The translations under genes and the position numbers were made by a program. A stretch of DNA of 38,807 nt from a virus, in IMG/VR virus record IMGVR_UViG_3300012931_000042, positions 1-38,807 of that record; one strand, given 5' to 3'. This document shows, in pieces, positions 27,212 to 35,296 of the stretch (position 1 is its first letter; each line of letters starts with the position of its first letter). The notes beneath the pieces were generated by a model. That model was not told the origin of the DNA, did no database searches, and worked only from the letters and a program-made list of their open reading frames with translations.

Positions 27212-27922
27212 GTGTTTTTGAAAAAAACAAATATGGGAATTCATAATTTAAGCCTTGACGTTTCAACTGTTCCTTTTCTGTTTTTTTGGGCAGATAGTGA
27301 AGAAAAAGATCTAAAAATAAAAGCACGATGGCAAATAAATCCATTGTGTGCTTTCGAGGAGGTTCCGAAAGGATCAGAAACAGACACAAGTCAATTACAG
27401 ACTTGTTTCTTTCTATGGTACTCAGAAGATCTTTCTTCTATGGATTTACCCAAAAAGACCACTTACCAATCACAAAAGTCCGCCAAATCGACTTTGTTTG
27501 AAAAACTATATGGAACAGATGGGTTCCAAGACGAGATAGGCCCTGAAATTCGGTTGGCCGAAAAAAAAGACGGAACAATTTATGTCTCATTATCGCTTGC
27601 AAGCCGTTTTTTTCGTTGGTTTGAAGTCGCGCCCGAGTCATTGCTTATCGGTTTTTTCAGAAACAAAGAAATATTCGAAAAACAACTTATTAATTTCATT
27701 CTGTTCTTTGTGGAAAGATATAAAAAAAGACATAAAGACAAAGATGTGCTTCTTTTAGAAAAATATAAAAAATACGCTTTTTTGCCTTACTTTATAGAAA
27801 AATTAGAAAAACAAACTCTTTGCTCGTACGAAAAATACAGGAAAAATAGAATAAGAACTATCTTTAAAAAGATTTTAACTTTCTTCAGATTCCTCCGGTT
27901 TTCATGGATAAAGTCTCTCTAG
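27212..27922 (+). CDS. Hypothetical protein, about 229-236 aa (ATG at 27233 is more likely than GTG at 27212)
   Basis: Long open frame with a basic C-terminus. Confidence 0.5.
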   Translation: MFLKKTNMGIHNLSLDVSTVPFLFFWADSEEKDLKIKARWQINPLCAFEEVPKGSETDTSQLQTCFFLWYSEDLSSMDLPKKTTYQSQKSAKSTLFEKLYGTDGFQDEIGPEIRLAEKKDGTIYVSLSLASRFFRWFEVAPESLLIGFFRNKEIFEKQLINFILFFVERYKKRHKDKDVLLLEKYKKYAFLPYFIEKLEKQTLCSYEKYRKNRIRTIFKKILTFFRFLRFSWIKSL

Positions 27923-28493
27923 CATGTTTAAATGCTTTTTTCAGATCGCATAGCGGGAAAAAACGACCTACCTTTGTTTTGACGAATACGGTTGTATCAT
28001 TGTCATTTGAGTTTTTGTAAAGTTCTTTCTCCAAATAAACGATCCAGCCTAATGTACTTTGGATCCCTTGATCAATGTTTTCTTTTTCAAACGCTAAAAC
28101 TATTTCAATAGATTTTTCTTCGTTCTCAGGAAGACATACATGAAGACCTATCATCTCCCCTTCAAAGAGAAAGGTTTTTGGTATTGTTTTTATCCGAAGG
28201 CCTTCTGATTCGAATGACGGGATTTCTTTTAAAACAGAAACAGGATCAAAGATCTGTTTTAGAAGCTTTTCTTCTTTTTTTCCTTTAAGCCATTCCTTTC
28301 CAAACAGCCTTTTATCATATTCTTGTAGGCCTTTTACCTTTTCAATGAATTCCATCCGAACTTCGTTCATGAGCTTTTGATCAGGTTTAATTTTAGAGAG
28401 GGCTGATTCTTGCGCTTCTTTCGCTTCTTTAAGCCTCTGTTCCTCCGTTTTTATAACGCGTTTTTCGAATAATGATTTGATTTTTTCTAACAT
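27885..28493 (-). CDS. Hypothetical protein, 202 aa
   Basis: Charged helical N-terminal half. Convergent with the previous gene. Confidence 0.55.
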   Translation of the reverse strand: MLEKIKSLFEKRVIKTEEQRLKEAKEAQESALSKIKPDQKLMNEVRMEFIEKVKGLQEYDKRLFGKEWLKGKKEEKLLKQIFDPVSVLKEIPSFESEGLRIKTIPKTFLFEGEMIGLHVCLPENEEKSIEIVLAFEKENIDQGIQSTLGWIVYLEKELYKNSNDNDTTVFVKTKVGRFFPLCDLKKAFKHARETLSMKTGGI

Positions 28494-28506
28494 ATATATT
28501 CCTATT

Positions 28507-29142
28507 CTACATTATTTTTTTTCGAGAGATGGATAACAAAAAATTGTTGAATTGTTCTTCGGTTGGCATGCCAAACTTTGAGATTGGCATAGTAAAGTCC
28601 TGACCTCTATTATTGTTATACAAAGAAAGGATTTCACTCAAAATCGCAGAAAAAAGAAAAACAAAATGTTCATGCCTAGTTACAATTACGAATTGTTGTT
28701 CCGGGTCATCACTTTCTTCAAGTACATTATGGCCATCTCTTTCTTCATCGAAAAACCCTTTGTTAACAGCGACCTTTTTTGCTCTTTTCAAAGAGGTTCC
28801 AATGCGAAGTGTTTTAAAGGCATTTTTACCAACCTGTTGGCTTGTCTTTATTTGAAAGACTAAAACGTTTTTTCCTTCTTTTCTCACGAATTCTTCAAGA
28901 TAGATTACACATAGTTTTAAAAGATTGTTTTTTTCTATCTCTATAAGACCTAGCGAGTCCCGCTCTATTTCCTTAAACAGGAAATTATACAAAAAATTGG
29001 AAAAGGCTCCTTTGTCTGTAAAAAAAGTATCGTCCAGCAGAAACCGATTCCATAACTCATATGATCTATCAATTTTATCTTCTAAAGACTCTAATTCACC
29101 CTCAAACTGAAAATCTAAAACTTTATACATTTTATTCTCCAT
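28507..29142 (-). CDS. Hypothetical protein, 211 aa
   Basis: Co-oriented with the 202-aa ORF. No motif recognised. Confidence 0.55.
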   Translation of the reverse strand: MENKMYKVLDFQFEGELESLEDKIDRSYELWNRFLLDDTFFTDKGAFSNFLYNFLFKEIERDSLGLIEIEKNNLLKLCVIYLEEFVRKEGKNVLVFQIKTSQQVGKNAFKTLRIGTSLKRAKKVAVNKGFFDEERDGHNVLEESDDPEQQFVIVTRHEHFVFLFSAILSEILSLYNNNRGQDFTMPISKFGMPTEEQFNNFLLSISRKKIM

Positions 29143-29229
29143 GTCTCTTTCGTAACGATCTCAGAATATTCCGATTCCATTGACGACGCAACGATTTAAT
29201 GAAATAATTTGTCGTTATTGTTTTAAAAA

Positions 29230-29760
29230 ATGGAGAAAAATATGGAACAAAGCTTGGAACAGAATCAAAATAATGTTGTTTCCAACGAGCAACAAAGTCA
29301 ATCTCCTAATATGGGAGAGAATGCGACTCTATATTTCAAATACCCTGATATTGAGTCCCAAAGTCAATCTCCAACATATCTTCCGGAAGACGAGAAAACT
29401 AAAATTCGAAACGCTCTAGAAATGCAAATCCGAGTAGAGTCCCCTAATGGAACTATTCTAGGGAAAAAAGATGACAAAAATTATTTCGTTTGCTTTAATG
29501 ACGAAAGCGTTCAATCTTTGATAGTTGAAGCAAAGGCAACGTTAATGGATGATGTCTTTATCCGATTTTCGGCGCTTGCGCAACGGTATACGGTTTCAAA
29601 ACAATCGATCAAAAATTGGTACGAAAGAATTTTGAAACATATCCCAGATCTTTTTGTTCGGATCGGAAAAACTAAATTTATATCGGTAAAAAAACTTCGC
29701 GAATTGGAAAAATCTTTGATGGCTCAATTTAACGAAGATGTTAAAAACTCAAAAGTGTAA
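29230..29760 (+). CDS. Putative DNA-binding protein with a C-terminal excisionase/MerR-type HTH, 176 aa (start possibly 29242)
   Basis: Contains 'FIRFSALAQRYTVSKQSIKNWYER...VRIGKTKFISVKKLRELE'. Confidence 0.45.
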   Translation: MEKNMEQSLEQNQNNVVSNEQQSQSPNMGENATLYFKYPDIESQSQSPTYLPEDEKTKIRNALEMQIRVESPNGTILGKKDDKNYFVCFNDESVQSLIVEAKATLMDDVFIRFSALAQRYTVSKQSIKNWYERILKHIPDLFVRIGKTKFISVKKLRELEKSLMAQFNEDVKNSKV

Positions 29761-29823
29761 TAAAAAGGCCAGGAGAGATGATCTCACAGAGAGACTCTCT
29801 CCGAAATTTATCGAGAGAAAAAA

Positions 29824-30051
29824 ATGAAATGTCCTGTCTGTGACGGCAAAGGAAAACTATATAGCGAGTGCGCTCGCGCAAGATTGTGCCCAAAGTGCAA
29901 CGGAAAAAAAGAAATAGAAGAAGTTATTACCTTCTACGAAAAAACTCATAAGCCAAAAACTGCTCTCGACGAATCTGTGCCGGAAATGAAAAGCGTTTTT
30001 GAAAAATTGTTGAAGGAAATGGATGAGCGGGGAATTGATCGATATCGATAG
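29824..30051 (+). CDS. DnaJ-type cysteine-rich zinc-finger miniprotein, 75 aa
   Basis: Two CxxCxGxG-type motifs, 'CPVCDGKG' and 'CPKCNGKK'. Confidence 0.55.
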   Translation: MKCPVCDGKGKLYSECARARLCPKCNGKKEIEEVITFYEKTHKPKTALDESVPEMKSVFEKLLKEMDERGIDRYR

Positions 30052-30478
30052 TCACGTTTTTTTGACAGACTCAGAGCGATGCCTTTGTCAGAAAATTGTC
30101 GACAAAGGTTGTTCTCCGGTTTCAGCCGGAAAAATGCTCGGACTCGAAGCGGATACCGTAAAAAAAGCGATGGAAAATCCGCGAGTTAACAACTATATTT
30201 TCGAATTAAAACGAAATGCCGCTGAAGCGGCTGAAATCACATATGAATGGAAAATTCTTAAATTAAAAGAAATCATTAACATTGCAATGCCACAGGATAT
30301 TTCAGAAATCGGAATGACAGGAAATCTTGTTATTCGCGCGATCGAAGAACTCAACAAAATGCAAGGCGATTACGCCGCCGAAAAGAAATTGAATGTAAAC
30401 GCGTCCTTGAATCTATCTCCATGCATGTTGCATGTTAAAGAGGCCTTGGAAGAGCTGAAAAACAAGAAAGAGTTCTAA
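30023..30478 (+). CDS. Terminase small subunit-like HTH protein, 151 aa
   Basis: 'LTDSERCLCQKIVDKGCSPVSAGKMLGLEADTVKKAMENPRVNNYI' resembles the Terminase_2 N-terminal HTH pattern. Confidence 0.45.
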   Translation: MSGELIDIDSHVFLTDSERCLCQKIVDKGCSPVSAGKMLGLEADTVKKAMENPRVNNYIFELKRNAAEAAEITYEWKILKLKEIINIAMPQDISEIGMTGNLVIRAIEELNKMQGDYAAEKKLNVNASLNLSPCMLHVKEALEELKNKKEF

Positions 30479-30909
30479 ATGTTTATCGCCTTTTTCAACC
30501 ACCGCAAAAGCAATGGCTTTACACTTTTTAACGTCCCCATTCCAAGCAACAAATAGATTATATTTAACGAGTCTTCGCTATCTATTTGAGTGAAATTCGA
30601 TCCGAAAAAACTATTGCAAAACGGGATAATGAGCAAATTAAAGCATAGAGATAGCGAGCATATCCATCCTAGTATGCCCCACCATCCTGTCATGAGCAAA
30701 CTCTTTGTCGATAGAATCATTTCTGTTAATTCAATCTCTTTCGCCTGAAGATCTGTATTCACCTTTTCCAATAGCTCTGTTTTATCGATCTTGTTCCCTT
30801 CGCTTTCAACCGAGTTGATCAATTTTTGTACAGTTGACACAACGCCTGCGGGTTGAGTGCTTAAAAGAATGGACGCGATTTTCTGGAAAAATCCCACGAT
30901 AAATTTCAA
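30475..30909 (-). CDS. Membrane protein, possible holin (GTA/3TM-holin-like layout), 144 aa
   Basis: N-terminal amphipathic segment, then a helical linker, then hydrophobic segments 'WWGILGWICSLSLCFNLLIIPF' and 'IIYLLLGMGTL'. Confidence 0.35.
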   Translation of the reverse strand: MKFIVGFFQKIASILLSTQPAGVVSTVQKLINSVESEGNKIDKTELLEKVNTDLQAKEIELTEMILSTKSLLMTGWWGILGWICSLSLCFNLLIIPFCNSFFGSNFTQIDSEDSLNIIYLLLGMGTLKSVKPLLLRWLKKAINI

Positions 30910-30963
30910 CCTTTCTTTTGGAAAAAAAAGAGCAAGAAGAAATGTGTTATTTTAACAGATTAT

Positions 30964-31272
30964 TTAATCTTTTAAATTTTTCCGTATGACAATTTTTTGC
31001 TTAAAATAAAAAAGATCGTCAAACTTGCATTTTAAGATTTCTAATATCTTTTCCGCTTTTTCTACCGTCAAATTAGCTTGTTTTTTAGAAAAAGTCGATT
31101 TTCTAAAAGGAAAAAAGGAGGACTTCGCGATAGATATCCTTTTTTTGTCAAAAAAAGACAAATCTCGATATTTCGAGATAAACGTTTCAACGCTGTAATC
31201 CAAATCGATTAGTCTCTTTTTGAATTTTTTGTCGTCTAAAAAAATTTGGTTTACTATTTTGAAGAATTCCAT
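30964..31272 (-). CDS. Hypothetical protein, 102 aa
   Basis: RBS aaggaaataaATG. Lys/Phe-rich. Confidence 0.5.
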   Translation of the reverse strand: MEFFKIVNQIFLDDKKFKKRLIDLDYSVETFISKYRDLSFFDKKRISIAKSSFFPFRKSTFSKKQANLTVEKAEKILEILKCKFDDLFYFKQKIVIRKNLKD

Positions 31273-31352
31273 TTATTTCCTTTTCCAAAAGCTGGATTTT
31301 TTTAAAAACACAAGCCATTTCTTTCGCGAGCTCAATTCTTCGCGGGTCGATG

Positions 31353-31691
31353 TCAAAAAGCATATTCATAACTGATTTCCTTTGCAAGCTCGTCACGCAA
31401 AATCTCAAATTTGAATTCGATTTCCCAATCAACATCCTTCTCTAATAGTCGAAAAATTTCCGATTTTTCTTCTTCTTCTATTTTCTTTCTTTCGATATAT
31501 TTTTGCATTAACGCGGAGAGATTTCGCTCGCTCTTGTGAAAAGATATTGTGTTTGAAAACAACCATTCCTTTCTCAGGATCTTTTTCGTTTCTTCGGGAA
31601 TCTCGGCATATGTCCGATACATTTCGCATACGTTTTGCATTGTTTCACGAAATAAAACAGTTCCTAGAATTTTTAACATAAAATCCTCCAT
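31353..31691 (-). CDS. Hypothetical protein, 108-112 aa (second ATG at 31679 has the better RBS, ggaggatttt)
   Basis: Open frame in the leftward early-type cluster. Confidence 0.5.
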   Translation of the reverse strand: MEDFMLKILGTVLFRETMQNVCEMYRTYAEIPEETKKILRKEWLFSNTISFHKSERNLSALMQKYIERKKIEEEEKSEIFRLLEKDVDWEIEFKFEILRDELAKEISYEYAF

Positions 31692-31700
31692 TTTTATTGC

Positions 31701-31928
31701 TCAATCTTCGCTATCTTGCCCTTTCATCACATATATCCTGAACCATTTTTCTTTTCCATGGATATTGATTCGCCTCCAACAACCAACTATTTTTCCTTCT
31801 TTTGTTCGAGCAATTATCTCATGACCAGATGTGGCCTTGACTATAAATTCTATATCTTTGTTCCTGTAGGTGGCCGATGAATAAAATTCTTGCCCTGATT
31901 TTGATCCTACTACTTCTATTCTATACAT
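31701..31928 (-). CDS. Hypothetical protein, 75 aa
   Basis: ATG at 31928 is preceded by caaggaggaaac (strong SD). This replaces the 136-aa track ORF. Confidence 0.55.
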   Translation of the reverse strand: MYRIEVVGSKSGQEFYSSATYRNKDIEFIVKATSGHEIIARTKEGKIVGCWRRINIHGKEKWFRIYVMKGQDSED

Positions 31929-31953
31929 GTTTCCTCCTTGTCTCCTTGCTGAG

Positions 31954-32082
31954 TTAGTTCCCGAATGACCTGTCATCGTCTTGCTCTTGAGAGAGCAAGA
32001 GTTGATTGAGTTCCTCCATCTCTTCTTTCGTGTAATAACAAAGATTGTCCAGTTCTTCCCATACTTTGAATAATTCGTCCAT
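31954..32082 (-). CDS. Hypothetical acidic miniprotein, 42 aa (not in the ORF track)
   Basis: Hand translation MDELFKVWEELDNLCYYTKEEMEELNQLLLSQEQDDDRSFGN. RBS is ggagaggaaaaa. Confidence 0.35.
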   Translation of the reverse strand: MDELFKVWEELDNLCYYTKEEMEELNQLLLSQEQDDDRSFGN

Positions 32083-32111
32083 TTTTTCCTCTCCATGCGT
32101 AAAAAAGACAA

Positions 32112-32291
32112 CTAATTATATGTTCTTACGTTTCGTCTTTCAATCCATTTTTTTACATCTTCTATGTCATATCTAATGGATTTTCCAATCCTTTTATAGT
32201 TCGGTACCTTCCCTTCTTTCCTATATCTTCGAAGAGTTACGGCCGATTTCTTTATCATTTTAGCAAAGTCAACTTCTTTTATTAGTTCCAT
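32112..32291 (-). CDS. Excisionase/AlpA-family HTH DNA-binding protein, 59 aa (not in the ORF track)
   Basis: Hand translation MELIKEVDFAKMIKKSAVTLRRYRKEGKVPNYKRIGKSIRYDIEDVKKWIERRNVRTYN. RBS is ggagaaaatc. It shows the typical 'tl.R....G..P....iG...rY....v..Wi' pattern. Confidence 0.6.
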   Translation of the reverse strand: MELIKEVDFAKMIKKSAVTLRRYRKEGKVPNYKRIGKSIRYDIEDVKKWIERRNVRTYN

Positions 32292-32300
32292 GATTTTCTC

Positions 32301-33152
32301 CTACATGTTCTCTTCGTATTGCGCGATTGTGTAAAAAATTATGTTTCTAAAGACGTTTTCTAACTTTTTTATTTGCTCTGTTTTTTCGGAAATTTCGCCG
32401 AACAAAGAAAGAACAAACTTTTCTATTTGATCATAATTGTCCGATGCGATCGATCTCGCTATTTCCTTAATTTCTTCGTCTTCGTCCGCAGATAAATCGC
32501 AAATTTTTTCCCAGACATCTTTTGAAAGAGATGCATCAATGCATTCATGGTACCAACGGGCTTTAAGCATTTCAGAGACGCAAAAAATAAACGTTAATTT
32601 TTTTGTCTTTGTAGAAAGTTTTTCGCCGAATATTCTTTGCCTTTCTTCATTGTTGTTCGCTGATGCCCGGCCATACGCTTCTATTGCAGAATGATTCTCT
32701 TCGTTTTCTTTTTCATCTTTTAAAGCTTGAATTATTTCTGGAGTCATTTCTTTTTTTTCAATTCTACTGAGGATTTCAACGACCGTTTCCTTTATTGATT
32801 TATTTTCATTTTTCAATAAAAAAAGCAATTTTTCTGTAATTTCTTTTCCCGAAAAAAATCTCAACGCTCTTATCGCTCTCTCTTTCTCGAATTTTTCTGA
32901 TGTATCGCATTGATTTAATACATTTTTTAGTATTTTTTTTGTCAAAAAACGTGACGGAAATTTTTCGACACATGCTAAAATGTGTTCATTTGATTCTTTG
33001 TTGTTTTTCTCGGCGATTTGGTCTACTAAATCGGCATATGGTAATTTTTCAAAGTCTTCATAGTGGCAATTAACAATATATTTCAAGACTATATTGTGTT
33101 CTTCTGCATTGTTACTTTTTGAAAAGTTCACTAACTCACAGAACACGCTCAT
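32301..33152 (-). CDS. Diverged HEAT-like repeat protein, 283 aa
   Basis: Degenerate units such as 'ERAIRALRFFSGKEITEKLLFLLKNENKSIKETVVEILSRIEKKEMTPEIIQALKDE'. RBS is aggagataaaaATG. Confidence 0.55.
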   Translation of the reverse strand: MSVFCELVNFSKSNNAEEHNIVLKYIVNCHYEDFEKLPYADLVDQIAEKNNKESNEHILACVEKFPSRFLTKKILKNVLNQCDTSEKFEKERAIRALRFFSGKEITEKLLFLLKNENKSIKETVVEILSRIEKKEMTPEIIQALKDEKENEENHSAIEAYGRASANNNEERQRIFGEKLSTKTKKLTFIFCVSEMLKARWYHECIDASLSKDVWEKICDLSADEDEEIKEIARSIASDNYDQIEKFVLSLFGEISEKTEQIKKLENVFRNIIFYTIAQYEENM

Positions 33153-33212
33153 TTTTATCTCCTATTCGCTAAATATGAAAAATTGTTTTTATCGCTTTTC
33201 GTTCGGCTTTAT

Positions 33213-33923
33213 TCATTCTTCTCTAAAATGCGGCGTCGCCCAAATTATTTTGTCAAAATTGACTTTTCTCCCATCCAAGCGCTCTTTCATTCTTTTTTGT
33301 TGAGCTTTTAGCTTGATTTTTTTTAAAGCTTCTTTTGCATCACTTCTAACCCATTCATGTTTGTCTTTAGAAAGCTTAATCAGAACTTGAATGACTTCAG
33401 GAGTAGCTGCTTTCTCTCCTAAGTTTCCTAAAGCTTCTGTTGCATCACTTCTCACCCATGCAGTTTCATCTCCACAGAACTTAATCAGAGTTTGAATGAC
33501 TTCTGGTGTTGCTGCTTTCCCTCCTAAGCGTCCTAAAGCCCGTACAGCATATCCTCTGATCCCTTCATCCTCGTCTTCGCAGAGCTTAATCAGAGCTTGA
33601 ATAACTTCAGGAGTTGCTGCTTTCCCTCCTAGGTTTCCCAAAGAACACGTGGCACTTTTTCTCACCCATTCATCCTGATCTCCAGTCAGTTTCACCAGAA
33701 CTTGAATAACCTCAGGAGTTGCTTTCTCTCCTAAGTTTCCCAAAGCCCAAAAGGCATATCCTCTGAACAATTCATCCTCGTCTTCGCAGAGCTTAATCAG
33801 AGCTTGAACTACCTCTGGTGTAGCTGCTTTCTCTCCTAGGTTTCCCAAAGCCCTTGCAGCATTCTCCTTTGTTTGTTTGTCTGAGCTTTCGCAATCTTTT
33901 AAAAGTTCGCTAATTGGTTTCAT
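33213..33923 (-). CDS. PBS-lyase/HEAT-like repeat protein H6, 236 aa (6 units plus a basic tail)
   Basis: Cap 'MKPISELLKDCES' followed by repeated 'ATPEVIQxLIKLxxDxDEWVRxxAxxALGNLGEKA'. Confidence 0.8.
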   Translation of the reverse strand: MKPISELLKDCESSDKQTKENAARALGNLGEKAATPEVVQALIKLCEDEDELFRGYAFWALGNLGEKATPEVIQVLVKLTGDQDEWVRKSATCSLGNLGGKAATPEVIQALIKLCEDEDEGIRGYAVRALGRLGGKAATPEVIQTLIKFCGDETAWVRSDATEALGNLGEKAATPEVIQVLIKLSKDKHEWVRSDAKEALKKIKLKAQQKRMKERLDGRKVNFDKIIWATPHFREE

Positions 33924-34437
33924 TTTTCTCTCCTAAGTATCCTAAAGATTCTGTTGCATTCCATCTAACCCATTCATCTTTGTCTCCCGAGAGCTTAATC
34001 AGAACTTGAATCACCTCAGGTGTGGCTTTTTCGCCTAATTCTCCTAAAGCCCACGCCGAGCTTCCTCTAACCAATCTACCCTTATCTCCCGAGAGTTTAA
34101 CCAGAGTTTGAATGACTTCAGGAGTTGTTGCTTTCTCTCCTAAAATTCCCAAAGCATCTACAGCAAATTTTCTCACCCATTCATACTGATCTTCAGCGAG
34201 TTTAATCAGAGCTTGAATCACCTCAGGAGTAGCTGCTTTCTCTCCTAAGTTTCCTAAAGCCCAAGCGGAATATCTTCTCGCCGACCTATCCTCGTCTCCC
34301 GAAAGTTTCACCAGAGCTTGAATGACTTCAGGTGTAGCTGCTTTTTCTCCTAACTCTCCTAAAGCTAGCGCGGATTCGATTCGCTCTGATCTGTCCATGC
34401 TTTCGCAAGCTTTTAAAAGTTCGTTAATTGTTTTCAT
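33910..34437 (-). CDS. PBS-lyase/HEAT-like repeat protein H5, 175 aa (5 units)
   Basis: Cap 'MKTINELLKACES'. It ends 'LGEKNETN' with a 14-nt overlap onto H6. Confidence 0.8.
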   Translation of the reverse strand: MKTINELLKACESMDRSERIESALALGELGEKAATPEVIQALVKLSGDEDRSARRYSAWALGNLGEKAATPEVIQALIKLAEDQYEWVRKFAVDALGILGEKATTPEVIQTLVKLSGDKGRLVRGSSAWALGELGEKATPEVIQVLIKLSGDKDEWVRWNATESLGYLGEKNETN

Positions 34438-35296
34438 TTTTCTCTCCTAAGTATCCTAAAGATCCTGTTGCGTTGCTTCTAATCCATTCATCCTTGTCTT
34501 CTGAAAGTTTAATCAGAGCTTGAATAACCTCAGGTGTGGCTTTTTCGCCTAAGTTCCCTAAAGCCCACGCGGCACTTTTTCTCACCCATTCATCTTGGTC
34601 TCCAGATAGTTTAATCAGAGCTTGAATTACCTCAGGAGTTGCCGCTTTTTCGCCTAAGTTCCCTAAAGCCCACGCGGCACTTTTTCTCACCCATTCATCT
34701 TGGTCTCCAGATAGTTTAATCAGAGTTTGAATTACCTCAGGAGTTGCCGCTTTTTCGCCTAAGTTCCCTAAAGCAAATGCGGCACTTTTTCTCACCCATT
34801 CATCTTGGTCTCCAGATAGTTTAATCAGAGTTTGAATTACCTCAGGAATAGTTTGAATTACTTCAGGTATGGCTTTCTTTCCTAGGTTCCCTAAAGCAAA
34901 TGCAGAATTTTCTCTGACGAATTAATTTTGATCTCCAGCGAGTTTAATCAGAACTTGAATCACTTCAGGAGTTGCGGCTTTTTCTCCTAAGCGTCCTAAA
35001 GCTCCTGTTGCGTGGCTTTGAACCCATCCATTATAGTCTCCAGTCAGTTTCACCAGAGTTTGAATGACTTCAGGAGTCGCTGCTTTTTCTCCTAAGTGCC
35101 CTAAAGCCAATGCGGAAACTGTTCGAACACATGCATCTTTGTCTTTAGAAAGCTTAATCAGAGCTTGAATAACTTCGGGTGTGGCCGCTTTTTCTCCTAT
35201 CGTTGCAAGTGTCCACGCGGCTTTCCACTTTATTTTTTTGTCTGAGCTTTCGCAAGCTTTTAAAAGCTCGTTTAATCTCTCGCTAATTGTTTTCAT
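34424..35296 (-). pseudogene. HEAT-like repeat gene H4 (8 units) interrupted by one in-frame TAA at 34922-34924. Otherwise one 290-codon frame.
   Basis: Hand translation across the stop reads ...IKLAGDQN*FVRENSAFALGNLGKKAIPEVIQTIPEVIQTLIKLSGDQDEW... and stays in frame. Paralogue H3 has TAC (Tyr) at this codon. The track splits it into 34922..35347 and 34424..34795. Confidence 0.6.

Noticed and set aside
27153-27389. The 78-aa minus-strand ORF in the 27113-27212 gap region.
   Set aside because: It mostly overlaps the 5' end of the plus-strand 236-aa gene in antisense and has no RBS. The remaining gap is probably a promoter or 5'-UTR.
31187-31435. The 82-aa minus-strand ORF bridging 30964..31272 and 31353..31691.
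   Set aside because: It overlaps the RBS-supported 102-aa gene by 86 nt and the 112-aa gene end by about 80 nt. An internal-start version (MNMLFDIDPRR...) cannot be excluded, but there is no independent support for it.
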